64,000 nucleotides of DNA from Escherichia coli (GTDB taxonomy: Bacteria; Pseudomonadota; Gammaproteobacteria; Enterobacterales; Enterobacteriaceae), in the NCBI RefSeq assembly GCF_003334785.1, contig NZ_QOWV01000001.1. One strand, written 5' to 3'. Under the pieces are notes generated by a model. It had not been told where the DNA came from and searched no databases. It was given only the letters and a program-made list of their open reading frames with translations. A program made the translations under genes and the position numbers. Shown here in pieces: positions 42,356 to 54,413 of the stretch (its first letter is position 1; each line of letters starts with the position of its first letter).

Positions 42356-43357
42356 TTAACGCGCCAGGAATGCACGCCAGTGGGCGGCGACTTCCGCCAG
42401 TTGTTCGCGCGAGACGTCAAGATGCGTCACCAGGCGGACAATCGGCGAGGCGTTAATCAGCACGTTTCTCGCTTTCATGTATTCGCCTAACGCGGCAGCA
42501 TTTTCTTCCCCGACGCGAACAAACAGCATATTGGTGTCCTGACGCATCACATCCGCGCCTGCTTCACGCAGCTGCTCCGCCATCCAGGCAGCGTTGTCGT
42601 GGTCTTCCTGCAAGCGCGCAACGTTATTTTTCAGGGCATATATCCCGGCGGCAGCCAGAATGCCGGACTGGCGCATCCCGCCACCTGTCATTTTCCGCCA
42701 GCGAATGGCACGTTTAATGTAATCACGATTACCGACGAGTAATGAACCGACTGGCGTCCCAAGACCTTTCGACAGGCAAATGGTGAACGAATCACAATAT
42801 TGCGTGATCTCTTTCAGTTCGCAGCCGTAAGCCACCACGGCATTAAAGATGCGCGCACCGTCAACATGCAGCGCCAGATTGCGCTCGCGGGTAAATTCCC
42901 ATGCTTCTTTCAGGTATTCCCGCGGCAACACTTTGCCGTTGTGGGTGTTTTCCAGACTGAGTAATTTGGTGCGGGCGAAATGGATATCGTCGGGTTTGAT
43001 TTTCATCGCCACTTTATCCAGCGGTAGCGTGCCGTCGGCAGCCGCGTCTATGGGTTGCGGTTGAATACTGCCCAGCACCGCCGCGCCACCGGCTTCAAAC
43101 AGATAGTTATGCGCGGCCTGACCGACAATATACTCTTCGCCGCGTTCGCAGTGACTGAGCAGAGCGACCAGGTTGGCCTGAGTGCCGGTAGGCAGAAAAA
43201 TGGCGGCTTCTTTACCGGAAAGCTCTGCTGCGTAGTCCTGCAGAGCATTAACGGTAGGGTCGTCTCCGTAAACGTCGTCCCCAACCGGGGCGGCCATCAT
43301 CGCTTCGAGCATGGCGCGGCTTGGTCGGGTAACGGTATCACTGCGTAAATCAATCAT
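42356..43357 (-). CDS. ltaE: Low-specificity L-threonine aldolase
   Basis: 333-aa [16 protein letters not shown]; recognised by recall. Confidence 0.9.
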   Translation of the reverse strand: MIDLRSDTVTRPSRAMLEAMMAAPVGDDVYGDDPTVNALQDYAAELSGKEAAIFLPTGTQANLVALLSHCERGEEYIVGQAAHNYLFEAGGAAVLGSIQPQPIDAAADGTLPLDKVAMKIKPDDIHFARTKLLSLENTHNGKVLPREYLKEAWEFTRERNLALHVDGARIFNAVVAYGCELKEITQYCDSFTICLSKGLGTPVGSLLVGNRDYIKRAIRWRKMTGGGMRQSGILAAAGIYALKNNVARLQEDHDNAAWMAEQLREAGADVMRQDTNMLFVRVGEENAAALGEYMKARNVLINASPIVRLVTHLDVSREQLAEVAAHWRAFLAR

Positions 43358-43393
43358 GGCATGTCCTTATTATGACGGGAAATGCCACCCTTT

Positions 43394-45112
43394 TTACCTT
43401 AGCCAGTTTGTTTTCGCCAGTTCGATCACTTCATCACCGCGTCCGCTGATGATTGCGCGCAGCATATACAGGCTGAAACCTTTGGCCTGTTCGAGTTTGA
43501 TCTGCGGTGGAATGGCTAACTCTTCTTTGGCGACCACCACATCCACCAACACCGGACCGTCGATGGAGAAGGCGCGTTGCAGGGCTTCATCAACTTCAGA
43601 CGCTTTTTCTACACGGATACCCGTAATGCCGCACGCTTCGGCAATGCGGGCAAAGTTTGTGTCGTGTAGTTCGGTGCCGTCAGTCAAATAGCCACCAGCT
43701 TTCATCTCCATCGCCACAAAGCCCAGCACGCTGTTGTTAAAGACGACAATTTTCACTGGCAGTTTCATCTGCACTACTGAGAGGAAATCGCCCATCAACA
43801 TGCTAAAACCGCCATCGCCGCACATGGCGACCACCTGACGTTCTGGCTCTGTCGCCTGCGCACCCAGCGCCTGCGGCATGGCGTTAGCCATCGAACCGTG
43901 GTTAAACGAACCTAACAGGCGACGCTTGCCGTTCATTTTTAGATAACGTGCCGCCCACACCGTTGGCGTACCAACGTCACAGGTGAAAATAGCGTCATCG
44001 GCGGCAAAATGACTAATTTGCTGCGCCAGATATTGCGGGTGAATGGCTTTCTCGCTCGGTTTAGCTAAATCGTCCAGCCCTTTGCGGGCGTCGCGGTAAT
44101 CTTCCAGCGCTTTATCCAGAAACTTGCGATCGGCTTTTTCTTCCACCAATGGAAGCAATGCACGCAGAGTCGACTTGATATCGCCGACCAGTGCCATATC
44201 CACCTTGCTGTGAGCGCCGATGCTGGCTGGGTTGATATCAATCTGAATGATTTTGGCATCGGTCGGGTAGAAGGCGCGGTAGGGAAATTGCGTGCCGAGT
44301 AGCACTAACGTGTCGGCGTTCATCATGGTATGGAAACCTGACGAGAAGCCGATTAACCCGGTCATTCCAACATCATACGGATTATCGTATTCGACATGTT
44401 CTTTACCGCGCAGGGCATGAACAATAGGCGCTTTAATTTTCCCGGCAAACTCAACTAACTCTTTATGCGCCCCCGCGCAGCCGCTGCCACACATCAGGGC
44501 GATATTGCTGGAATAACGCAGCAGTTGCGCCAGTTTGCGTAACTCTTCTTCTTCCGGCGTCACGACTGGTTGTGGCGCATGATACCAGTGCATGGTTGCC
44601 CCTTCTGGCGCAGGTTTTAACGCCACGTCGCCTGGTAACACGACAACCGAAACGCCACGGTTAAGCACCGCTTTGCGCATGGCAATCGCCAGTACTTGTG
44701 GGATCTGCTCCGGGCTGGAAACCAGCTCGCAATAGTGACTACATTCGCGGAATAGCTCTTGTGGGTGGGTTTCCTGGAAATAGCCGCTGCCAATTTCGCT
44801 GGAGGGAATATGAGCGGCAATCGCCAGTACCGGAACGTGATTGCGGTGGCAATCGAACAGGCCGTTGATTAAGTGCAGGTTGCCGGGGCCGCACGATCCG
44901 GCGCAGACCGCCAGTTCTCCGCTAAGTTGTGCTTCAGCGCCAGCGGCAAAGGCCGCCACTTCTTCGTGGCGGGTGGACATCCACTCGATGGTGCCCATGC
45001 GATTAAGACTGTCACTAAGACCGTTCAGAGAGTCGCCTGTGACTCCCCAGATGCGTTTCACCCCTGCCGATTCGAGTGTTTTGGCGATATAAGCTGCAAC
45101 CGTTTGTTTCAT
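43394..45112 (-). CDS. poxB: Pyruvate oxidase (ubiquinone-dependent pyruvate dehydrogenase)
   Basis: 572-aa [31 protein letters not shown] (TPP enzyme); recognised by recall. Confidence 0.9.
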
Positions 45113-45244
45113 GGTTCTCCATCTCCTGAATGTGATAACGGTAACAAGTTTAGTTCATCTGACGGAGGGGGAAGGGATGGGAGAGAAAGGAGGCACTAAC
45201 GGTTAAATAGCCCGATGAAAGGAATATCATCGGGCATAAGGCGA

Positions 45245-46213
45245 TTATGCGAGAACCAAATCCCCCTGCGGATGGCAGGAGCAGGCCAGTACGTAACCTT
45301 CAGCGATTTCGGCGTCGGTCAGCGTCATTGTGCTGCTCACCGTATATTCACCGGAAACCACTTTTGTCTTACAGCAGCCGCAAACACCCGCACGGCAGGC
45401 AGCGACAACCGGAACGTTATTGCTTTCCAGCGCCTCCAGTAGCGTGGTGCCAACCGGGGCGTAAAATTCTCGTGCCGGTTGCAGTTTGGTGAATTTCAGA
45501 CCGCTGGTCGCCGCTTCTGCTACTGGGGTGAAGAATTTCTCTTTAAAGAAACGCGTCACGCCGAGCGCTTTCACTTCCTGCTCTACCCAATCCATATACG
45601 GAGCCGGGCCGCAGGTCATCACGGTACGTGAAGCTAAGTCAGGTACACCTGCCAGCAGTTCGCGAGTGAGACGACCAGCGATAAAGCCTTCGGTAACGTT
45701 ATTTTCTGCCACCAGCGTTACCGGATAGTTACGCCACTCATCGGCGAAAATAACATCCTGCGGCGTACGCACGTTGTAGATCACCCGCACATCGGCCTGT
45801 GGACGGTTCTTCGCAAGCCAGCGACGCATCGACATAATCGGCGTGACGCCGCAGCCTGCCGCCAGCAACAGGAATTTATCTTCTGCTTTATCGTCGCAGG
45901 TAAATTCCCCCATCGCGTCCGAAAGCCAGAGATAATCACCGCGTTTTACATCGCGCGTCAGCCACTGGGAGCCGACACCGTCATCAATCCGCCGCACGGT
46001 CAGGGTGATATATTCACTCACGCCTGGCGTGGAGGAAATGGTGTAAGCACGCAGCGTTTCCGCTGAGTTTCGCACGCTGACCAGTGCATATTGCCCGGCG
46101 CGATATGGGTAGTAATCGTGGCAAATCAGGGAAATCGTCCACACATCCGGCGTTTCTTGCGTAATGTGATGAACCTGCATCCGCCACGGGCATTGATTCG
46201 TTGGCATCGTCAT
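45245..46213 (-). CDS. hcr: NADH oxidoreductase for hybrid-cluster protein
   Basis: ORF trimmed to MTMPTNQCPW (322 aa); C-terminal 2Fe-2S ferredoxin cysteines CRAGVCGCC. Confidence 0.9.
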   Translation of the reverse strand: MTMPTNQCPWRMQVHHITQETPDVWTISLICHDYYPYRAGQYALVSVRNSAETLRAYTISSTPGVSEYITLTVRRIDDGVGSQWLTRDVKRGDYLWLSDAMGEFTCDDKAEDKFLLLAAGCGVTPIMSMRRWLAKNRPQADVRVIYNVRTPQDVIFADEWRNYPVTLVAENNVTEGFIAGRLTRELLAGVPDLASRTVMTCGPAPYMDWVEQEVKALGVTRFFKEKFFTPVAEAATSGLKFTKLQPAREFYAPVGTTLLEALESNNVPVVAACRAGVCGCCKTKVVSGEYTVSSTMTLTDAEIAEGYVLACSCHPQGDLVLA

Positions 46214-46224
46214 CGACAAACTCC

Positions 46225-47877
46225 TTACGCGCTCAACAGTTGCTTCATGTCTTCTTCAACAGTGGTGATAGAACGCAGGCCGAATTTCTCGTTCAGCACC
46301 GCCAGCAGGTCTGGTGTCAGGAAACCAGGTGCAGTCGGGCCGGTGACGATATTTTTCACGCCCAGAGAAAGCAGCGTCAGCAGAATGACGATCGCTTTCT
46401 GTTCAAACCAGGAGAGCACCAGCGACAGCGGCAGATCGTTGACACCGCAGCCCAGTTTCTCTGCCAGAGTGACAGCCAGAATAATCGCTGAGTAAGCATC
46501 GTTACATTGACCTGCATCTACCAGACGCGGCAGACCTTCGATATCGCCAAACTCAAGTTTGTTAAAGCGATATTTACCACAGGCGAGGGTCAGGATCAGG
46601 CAGTCATCCGGCACGCTGGTGGCGAAATCGGTGAAGTAGTGGCGCTCGCCGCGTGCGCCGTCACAGCCACCAAGCAGGAAGATATGACGCAGTTTTTCAC
46701 GGCTCACCAGATCAATCAGCGTATCAGCAGCGCCAAGCAGCGTCTGGCGACCAAAACCCACGGTGATAAGGTGCGGAATTTCGCTGTACGGGAAGCCTGC
46801 CATCTGTTGCGCCTGGGTGATAACCGCAGAGAAATCATCACCGTCCAGATGACGCACGCCAGGCCAGCCAACAATGCTGCGGGTCCAGATACGATCGTCA
46901 TAAGCGCCTACGGTTGGGTCGATGATGCAGTTCGAGGTCATCACGATGGGGCCAGGGAAACGAGCGAACTCCACTTGCTGATTCTGCCAGCCGCTGCCGT
47001 AGTTACCGACCAGATGCTTGAATTTACGCAGCTCCGGGTAGCCATGCGCAGGCAGCATTTCGCCGTGGGTGTAGACATTAACGCCCGTGCCTTCGGTCTG
47101 TTCCAGCAGGTTGTAGAGATCTTTGAGATCGTGACCGGAAATCAGAATGCATTTACCCGCCGTCGCTTTGACGTTGACCTGGGTTGGCGTCGGGTGACCG
47201 TATTTACCGGTTTCGCCTGCATCCAGAATGCTCATCACTTTGAAGTTCATCTGGCCGATTTCCATTGAACACTCAAGAAGCGCGTTCATATCGGCAGGCC
47301 AGGTCCCCAGCCACGCCATGATTTTATGGTACTGGGCATAAATATCGTTGTCGTATTGACCGAGAACATGCGCGTGTTCCATATAGGCCGCCGCACCTTT
47401 CAGGCCATACAGGCACAGCAGACGCAGGCCGAGAATGTTTTCGCCAATCGCCGCTTTATCTTTGTTAGGGGTAAATTCTGCTGCCTGACGTTGCAGCTCG
47501 CCGAGATCGTCGCTCACCAGTTGCAGGTCAGCCATCGGGTTATCGACGCGCGCGTTGGCATCTACAGCCAGGCATTGCGCTTTCAGCGCCTCGCGCAGGG
47601 CAATCGCTTCACGAGCGTAGCCGACAATACGCGGAGAATCGAAGTTAACGTTGGTCAGGGTTGAGAAAAAGGCACGTGGCGCGAAGCTGTCAACATCGTG
47701 GTTGATGATGCCGTATTCACGCGCTTTTACCGCCCAGGCAGAAAGCCCTTGCAGCGCCGCGATGAGTAAATCCTGAAGGTCAGAAGTTTCCGCCGTTTTA
47801 CCACACATCCCCTGCGCGTATGAGCAGCCGTTTCCTGCCGGAGTACGGATAGTTTGTTCACATTGCACACAAAACAT
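46225..47877 (-). CDS. hcp: Hybrid-cluster protein (hydroxylamine reductase)
   Basis: ORF trimmed to [13 protein letters not shown] (550 aa) with N-terminal Cys cluster. Confidence 0.9.
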
Positions 47878-48020
47878 GATCACACCTTTTAAAGTTATAT
47901 TTAATATACATGTTTAAGGTTAAGACGCTTAACGCGGGGATAAAAGGGATTTTTCATGCAACTTTAAGGGAGATTGATTTAGCGCAATTTTGGCGGCAGG
48001 GATCTACCGCCAGAGAGGTA

Positions 48021-48920
48021 TTACGCAGAGAAAAAGGCGATGAGGATCGGCACTAACAGGCTAAGAATAAAACCGTGAACAATTGCCGCCGGGACCATAT
48101 CCAGCCCGCCAGTACGTTGAAGAACGGGCAGGGTGAAATCCATTGATGTGGCACCGCATAAGCCCAGTGCAGTAGAGCGGCTGCGGCGAATCAGCCCAGG
48201 GATCAACATAATAGCAATCAGTTCACGGGCCAGATCATTAAAAAACGCCGCGCTCCCGATTACCGGACCAAAAGATTCGGTCAATAAAATACCGGAAAGA
48301 GAATACCAGCCGAAACCGGAGGCCATTGCCAGCGCGGTATTGATGGGGAGATCAAGAATAAAGGCGTTAATTAAACCACCAATTAATGAACTGACAACCA
48401 CCACCACGGCGACAATCATTCCCCGGCGATTAAGGACAATCTGCTTTAAGGTCATGCCATTATTGCGCAACTGAATACCAACGAGGAAAAGTAGCAAAAT
48501 TAACGTGTATTCACTGGCTTCGGTCGCGTGTTGTAAGAAAGCCAGTCCACTTAGACCAATGGCAAAACCAATCACTACTACGCCGCACAGTTTTAGCGAC
48601 TCCAGCGCCATCGCAATACGCGACGGGAGTTTTTCTTGCTGATGGTGGTTGCGCCACGGCAGGCCTCGCTCCAGCCACATCAGGGCGGCAATATTACACA
48701 GTAAAATAACGGTAATACTGACGGCAGAATAATGCAGAATCGCCAACAGGTTACTGGCGAGGTTATCGAGAAACGCCAGACTGATACCCATAAAAAAGAG
48801 AATAAGGTAAACCATCCAGCTTAATAGCTGATTAATAACTTTTAACGCAGCTTGTTGGCGAAGCGGAATGAGGTAACCCACAATCAGGGGAACCAGAATG
48901 ATTAACAGCCCAGAAAACAT
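48021..48920 (-). CDS. lysO: Lysine exporter LysO (YbjE)
   Basis: ORF trimmed to MFSGLLIILVPLIVGYL (299 aa); polytopic membrane protein. Confidence 0.85.
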   Translation of the reverse strand: MFSGLLIILVPLIVGYLIPLRQQAALKVINQLLSWMVYLILFFMGISLAFLDNLASNLLAILHYSAVSITVILLCNIAALMWLERGLPWRNHHQQEKLPSRIAMALESLKLCGVVVIGFAIGLSGLAFLQHATEASEYTLILLLFLVGIQLRNNGMTLKQIVLNRRGMIVAVVVVVSSLIGGLINAFILDLPINTALAMASGFGWYSLSGILLTESFGPVIGSAAFFNDLARELIAIMLIPGLIRRSRSTALGLCGATSMDFTLPVLQRTGGLDMVPAAIVHGFILSLLVPILIAFFSA

Positions 48921-49084
48921 GAAAACCCAGTCCTTGCAAAGATGAAGTCGAAATGCGCGATGACACACTACTGAAAGCGGAAGGACGAGTAAAGTTGCAA
49001 TTAAAAGGAAATGTTATGCATAAGGAGCAGTAGAGTATTCGTTTTCATTTAAAGATATTCTTGCGCTTTAATTACAAACTGCAC

Positions 49085-49330
49085 CGATGTTGGTGGCGTC
49101 AAAATCGCCGAGGCGTTCCCTGAAGGCCGGGGCAGCCCACATGGATGTGGGCTGAGGGCGCGTTTTACAGGGATGTTACCTCGCGCCCGACCCGGTAGCC
49201 GTAAGGGATAAGTCGAGGGCACCGCGCAGCGGCGATTTTGTTCGCCAGAGCCCGGGGGTGCAGGGGGCGGCGGCGATTGGCCGCCCCCTGCGCGCTCCTT
49301 GCGCCAGTGGCAATATGTTGCTTAGCTCAT
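49085..49330. repeat. GC-rich block with nested inverted repeats between lysO and aqpZ (unclassified extragenic element or structured RNA)
   Basis: Inverted repeats caaaatcgccg (49096-49106) / cggcgattttg (49230-49240); gcccacat/atgtgggc at 49133-49150; gggggcggc/gccgccccc at 49263-49289. No ORF. Confidence 0.35.
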
Positions 49331-49414
49331 GAAAGGAGCGCAACAAGATGATGAATCAACATATAACAACATCTTAAAAAAAGGCCTGACATTACGCCAG
49401 GCCTTCTGCGTTAA

Positions 49415-50110
49415 TTAATCACGCTTTTCCAGCAGGGTCCGGTAAATCAGACCACCGATAATGCCGCCGACAATTGGCACCACCCAGAAGAACCACAGTT
49501 GTTCTAATGCCCAGCCGCCCTGGAAGATAGCAACCGCGGTGCTGCGCGCCGGGTTAACAGAAGTGTTAGTCACCGGAATACTAATTAAGTGAATCAGGGT
49601 TAAGGCCAGACCAATAGCGATCGGCGCAAAACCTGCCGGCGCGAATTTGTCGGTTGCGCCGTGGATCACCAACAGGAAACCTGCACTCAATACCAGTTCA
49701 ACTACCAGCGCGGAAAGCATGGAATAACCGCCTGGTGAATGCTCGCCATAACCGTTAGAAGCAAAACCGCTGGCTGCCGCGTCAAAACCCGTTTTACCAC
49801 TGGCAATTAAATACAGCAGCGCCGCTGCAACAATACCGCCGACAACCTGGGCAATTACGTAGCCAACGACTTCTTTTGCCGGAAAACGTCCGCCAGCCCA
49901 TAAACCAATAGTGACCGCCGGGTTAAAATGACCACCAGAAATATGACCAACAGCAAAGGCCATCGTCAGAACGGTCAGACCGAACGCCAACGCCACGCCG
50001 GCAAAACCAATGCCTAATTCCGGGAAGCCTGCGGCCAGTACAGCACTACCACAGCCACCAAAAACAAGCCAGAAAGTACCAAAACATTCAGCTGCTAATT
50101 TTCTGAACAT
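49415..50110 (-). CDS. aqpZ: Aquaporin Z
   Basis: ORF trimmed to [17 protein letters not shown] (231 aa); NPA motifs present. Confidence 0.9.
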   Translation of the reverse strand: MFRKLAAECFGTFWLVFGGCGSAVLAAGFPELGIGFAGVALAFGLTVLTMAFAVGHISGGHFNPAVTIGLWAGGRFPAKEVVGYVIAQVVGGIVAAALLYLIASGKTGFDAAASGFASNGYGEHSPGGYSMLSALVVELVLSAGFLLVIHGATDKFAPAGFAPIAIGLALTLIHLISIPVTNTSVNPARSTAVAIFQGGWALEQLWFFWVVPIVGGIIGGLIYRTLLEKRD

Positions 50111-50535
50111 ATCCACCTCAATTAAAAATTGACCCTGTGAAAAATATGGTCGTTTTATAGGGTCGTCGTAAAAAAGTGACGACGGAAATAATGCGCGGCT
50201 ATTTTAAAAACGAAGGCGAGTCATTCACCAGATAAATAAATCCAGTAAATTTGATTTAGGGCAACAGCGGGTTGCCCCATATAGTCATTTGTCTGATTGA
50301 CAGTGTAGTGCACGCAAAAGATTTAATCCTTTAGGCGTAATAAAAAATAATTTATCATGCTAATTATTTGATTTTGTTGTTTTTGCAGACTTATCAGCAA
50401 GAGGGAGTATAACGCGATTATTCGCTCATTTTTCAGACATTTGCCATGCTTAAATGTGATGTCATCACGTATTAGCAAGGCCTTTCCCGTTATACTGCCA
50501 GCGTAAAGGATAAGTCACATATTTCTGGAGGGGAT

Positions 50536-52194
50536 ATGATTCTTGAGCGCGTTGAAATTGTGGGTTTTCGCGGTATCAACCGTTTGTCGTTGATGCTGGA
50601 ACAAAACAACGTCCTGATTGGGGAGAACGCGTGGGGTAAATCCAGCTTGCTGGACGCCTTAACTCTGCTGCTATCGCCAGAATCAGATCTCTACCATTTT
50701 GAGCGCGACGATTTCTGGTTCCCGCCGGGAGATATCAACGGGCGAGAACATCATCTGCATATTATTTTGACCTTCCGCGAATCGCTGCCAGGCCGACATC
50801 GGGTTCGCCGTTATCGGCCGCTGGAAGCGTGCTGGACGCCATGCACCGATGGCTATCACCGTATTTTTTATCGTCTGGAAGGGGAGAGTGCGGAAGACGG
50901 CAGCGTGATGACACTGCGCAGTTTTCTCGATAAAGACGGACATCCGATTGATGTCGAGGATATTAACGATCAGGCACGCCATCTGGTGCGTTTAATGCCG
51001 GTGCTGCGCTTGCGTGATGCCCGTTTTATGCGCCGTATTCGTAACGGCACGGTGCCAAATGTCCCTAATGTGGAAGTCACCGCGCGCCAGCTCGATTTCC
51101 TCGCCCGTGAGTTATCCTCACATCCGCAAAATCTCTCTGATGGGCAGATTCGTCAGGGACTTTCCGCAATGGTACAGCTGCTTGAGCATTATTTCTCTGA
51201 GCAGGGGGCCGGACAGGCGCGATATCGTTTAATGCGGCGGCGAGCCAGCAATGAGCAACGAAGCTGGCGCTATCTGGATATCATCAACCGGATGATTGAC
51301 CGACCTGGTGGGCGCTCGTATCGGGTTATTTTGCTCGGCCTATTTGCTACTTTGTTGCAGGCAAAAGGCACATTGCGACTGGATAAAGACGCCCGTCCAT
51401 TGTTGCTGATCGAAGATCCAGAAACCCGTTTACACCCCATTATGCTTTCAGTTGCCTGGCATCTGTTGAATCTTCTGCCATTGCAGCGCATTGCCACCAC
51501 CAACTCGGGTGAGTTGCTTTCGTTAACGCCGGTAGAGCATGTTTGCCGACTGGTACGTGAGTCCTCGCGCGTTGCCGCCTGGCGTCTGGGGCCGAGTGGC
51601 TTGAGTACCGAAGATAGCCGACGCATATCCTTTCACATTCGTTTTAACCGTCCGTCATCGCTGTTTGCACGCTGCTGGTTGCTGGTGGAAGGGGAAACGG
51701 AAACCTGGGTTATCAATGAACTGGCGCGTCAGTGCGGACATCATTTTGATGCCGAAGGGATCAAGGTCATTGAGTTTGCCCAGTCCGGGCTAAAGCCACT
51801 GGTTAAATTTGCCCGCCGAATGGGGATTGAATGGCATGTACTGGTCGATGGCGATGAAGCAGGGAAGAAATATGCCGCTACGGTACGCAGCCTGTTGAAT
51901 AACGATCGGGAAGCCGAACGAGAACATTTAACGGCGTTACCGGCGCTGGATATGGAACATTTTATGTATCGCCAGGGATTTTCCGATGTGTTCCACCGCA
52001 TGGCGCAAATCCCGGAAAATGTACCGATGAATCTACGCAAAATTATCTCGAAAGCGATCCATCGCTCTTCCAAACCCGATCTTGCCATTGAAGTGGCAAT
52101 GGAGGCAGGACGTCGTGGTGTGGACTCCGTACCGACGCTGCTGAAAAAAATGTTCTCACGCGTGCTGTGGCTGGCGCGCGGTCGCGCGGATTAA
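50536..52194 (+). CDS. ybjD: YbjD, OLD-family (ATPase plus TOPRIM) putative nuclease
   Basis: 552-aa ORF; N-terminal P-loop GENAWGKSSLLDAL; C-terminal TOPRIM-like acidic motifs LLVEGETE and VDGDEAG. Confidence 0.85.
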   Translation: MILERVEIVGFRGINRLSLMLEQNNVLIGENAWGKSSLLDALTLLLSPESDLYHFERDDFWFPPGDINGREHHLHIILTFRESLPGRHRVRRYRPLEACWTPCTDGYHRIFYRLEGESAEDGSVMTLRSFLDKDGHPIDVEDINDQARHLVRLMPVLRLRDARFMRRIRNGTVPNVPNVEVTARQLDFLARELSSHPQNLSDGQIRQGLSAMVQLLEHYFSEQGAGQARYRLMRRRASNEQRSWRYLDIINRMIDRPGGRSYRVILLGLFATLLQAKGTLRLDKDARPLLLIEDPETRLHPIMLSVAWHLLNLLPLQRIATTNSGELLSLTPVEHVCRLVRESSRVAAWRLGPSGLSTEDSRRISFHIRFNRPSSLFARCWLLVEGETETWVINELARQCGHHFDAEGIKVIEFAQSGLKPLVKFARRMGIEWHVLVDGDEAGKKYAATVRSLLNNDREAEREHLTALPALDMEHFMYRQGFSDVFHRMAQIPENVPMNLRKIISKAIHRSSKPDLAIEVAMEAGRRGVDSVPTLLKKMFSRVLWLARGRAD

Positions 52195-53183
52195 CCGCGA
52201 AACATCGTGGCCATTTGTGGCTGAATAGCGTCGAGCATCTCATAGCGCCGACGGTATTCAGCCCGTTTTTTACTGGCGATTTCGGCAATCTCTTTTCGTG
52301 CTATCTGTGCTGGAAGGCGGTAATGGCGTTCAGCATCACATACGCCGCCAACCGATTCCCAGAAAGCGTTGTAATCAGCGTGGATCTTGCCTTCTTTATC
52401 GCGATAACGCAGGCTGCGGTAAATATGCGTTTCATTGCTGACGGCAATAATCTGCTCTACCTGCAAACGTTGGGCAAACAGACAGGCCGCTTCCATCACG
52501 AGGCGTTTGGGAAATAGCCCGTGGCAGGCTTTCGTCGCATTCTGGATTTCCTGATGTGGAATTTCCCATTTTGCGCCTTGCAGTCCGCCAATAAACATCG
52601 TTCTTTTCCCCTGATATTCACACAGGGTAAACGTGATCTCTGCCAGAGGAATACCTTCGCTGTTGCGGAACAGGATTGTGCTGTCACCTTCTTTATCCAT
52701 TGAGATCATCATGGTCAGCTCAAGCGTGAACTGCTCGCCGTTTTTGCCTTCCAGCTTCGCCAGTTGCAGCCCGGGGGTATTCAAATATAAGCTGAATTCT
52801 TCCGCCGACATACATTCGCGGAGTAACGCATAATGGTAACGTAACGCCTCCAGCAATTGCTTACGGCTAAGATTCGCCGCAAGGTAAGGGCGATGCAGAC
52901 GCACAGGCAGTCGCGGCTGGCGCGTTAACAATACATTGAGATTAGGCCAGTGGGAAAGTTCGTTCATCCACTCAACGCTTAAACGCGGCATAATCAACGA
53001 GCGCAGCAAAAATTTCTGGCGAAAACTACGGCGATGCCAGAATTTACCCGGCCGACACTGTCCACGTGCCAGACTAAGAAAAAGTGACAGGCTGCTGAGA
53101 GATTCAGATGGCGTAAAGGTCCGTTCAGTTAGCTGCGACATATTCATGAAATCAATGGTTATACATGGCGTCGATTTCACCAT
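52191..53183 (-). CDS. ybjX: DUF535/VirK-like protein YbjX
   Basis: 330-aa ORF, convergent with ybjD; K-12 position. Confidence 0.75.
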   Translation of the reverse strand: MVKSTPCITIDFMNMSQLTERTFTPSESLSSLSLFLSLARGQCRPGKFWHRRSFRQKFLLRSLIMPRLSVEWMNELSHWPNLNVLLTRQPRLPVRLHRPYLAANLSRKQLLEALRYHYALLRECMSAEEFSLYLNTPGLQLAKLEGKNGEQFTLELTMMISMDKEGDSTILFRNSEGIPLAEITFTLCEYQGKRTMFIGGLQGAKWEIPHQEIQNATKACHGLFPKRLVMEAACLFAQRLQVEQIIAVSNETHIYRSLRYRDKEGKIHADYNAFWESVGGVCDAERHYRLPAQIARKEIAEIASKKRAEYRRRYEMLDAIQPQMATMFRG

Positions 53184-53297
53184 TGCGTATCTTAACCAAA
53201 CATCAATAGTGTGATTACTAACGTAAATTTTAGGGTTTTGTTGATATTTCGTTGAAGTTAATGACCCGGATTGGCATATGGAGTATTCAGAAAATTT

Positions 53298-54413
53298 ATG
53301 AAAAAGCGGAAAACCGTGAAGAAGCGTTACGTTATTGCGCTGGTGATAGTCATCGCCGGACTGATTACGTTATGGAGAATTCTTAACGCACCCGTGCCGA
53401 CTTATCAGACGCTGATTGTGCGCCCCGGTGATTTACAGCAAAGCGTGCTGGCGACCGGAAAGCTGGACGCGCTGCGTAAGGTTGATGTGGGCGCGCAGGT
53501 CAGCGGTCAGTTGAAAACTCTGTCGGTGGCGATTGGCGATAAAGTAAAAAAAGACCAGCTTTTAGGGGTTATTGATCCTGAACAGGCTGAAAACCAGATT
53601 AAGGAGGTCGAAGCAACGCTGATGGAGCTACGTGCGCAGCGGCAGCAGGCGGAAGCGGAGCTGAAACTGGCGCGGGTGACGTATTCCCGTCAGCAACGTC
53701 TGGCACAAACGAAGGCTGTTTCACAGCAGGATCTCGACACCGCCGCGACGGAGATGGCTGTGAAACAGGCGCAAATTGGCACCATTGACGCGCAAATCAA
53801 GCGCAATCAGGCTTCTCTCGATACGGCTAAAACCAATCTCGATTACACTCGCATCGTTGCCCCGATGGCCGGGGAAGTCACGCAAATCACCACTCTGCAA
53901 GGCCAGACGGTGATTGCCGCACAACAAGCACCGAACATTCTGACGCTGGCAGATATGAGCACCATGCTGGTAAAAGCGCAGGTTTCTGAAGCGGATGTAA
54001 TCCACCTGAAGCCGGGGCAAAAAGCCTGGTTTACGGTGCTTGGCGATCCACTGACGCGCTACGAGGGGCAAATCAAGGATGTACTACCGACGCCGGAAAA
54101 GGTTAACGACGCTATTTTCTATTACGCCCGTTTTGAAGTCCCCAACCCCAATGGTTTGCTGCGGCTGGATATGACTGCGCAAGTGCATATTCAGCTCACC
54201 GATGTGAAAAATGTGCTGACGATCCCTCTGTCGGCGTTAGGCGATCCGGTTGGCGATAATCGTTATAAAGTCAAATTGTTGCGTAATGGTGAAACACGCG
54301 AGCGTGAAGTGACGATTGGCGCACGTAACGATACCGATGTTGAGATTGTCAAAGGGCTTGAAGCGGGCGATGAAGTGGTGATTGGTGAGGCCAAACCAGG
54401 AGCTGCACAATGA
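53298..54413 (+). CDS. macA: Macrolide efflux membrane fusion protein MacA
   Basis: ORF trimmed to [16 protein letters not shown] (371 aa); overlaps the macB start. Confidence 0.9.
   Translation: MKKRKTVKKRYVIALVIVIAGLITLWRILNAPVPTYQTLIVRPGDLQQSVLATGKLDALRKVDVGAQVSGQLKTLSVAIGDKVKKDQLLGVIDPEQAENQIKEVEATLMELRAQRQQAEAELKLARVTYSRQQRLAQTKAVSQQDLDTAATEMAVKQAQIGTIDAQIKRNQASLDTAKTNLDYTRIVAPMAGEVTQITTLQGQTVIAAQQAPNILTLADMSTMLVKAQVSEADVIHLKPGQKAWFTVLGDPLTRYEGQIKDVLPTPEKVNDAIFYYARFEVPNPNGLLRLDMTAQVHIQLTDVKNVLTIPLSALGDPVGDNRYKVKLLRNGETREREVTIGARNDTDVEIVKGLEAGDEVVIGEAKPGAAQ

Noticed and set aside
52191-52194. Overlap of the ybjD and ybjX stop codons on opposite strands (ttaa)
   Set aside because: A compact convergent arrangement with no obvious functional implication; noted only as context for ybjD.
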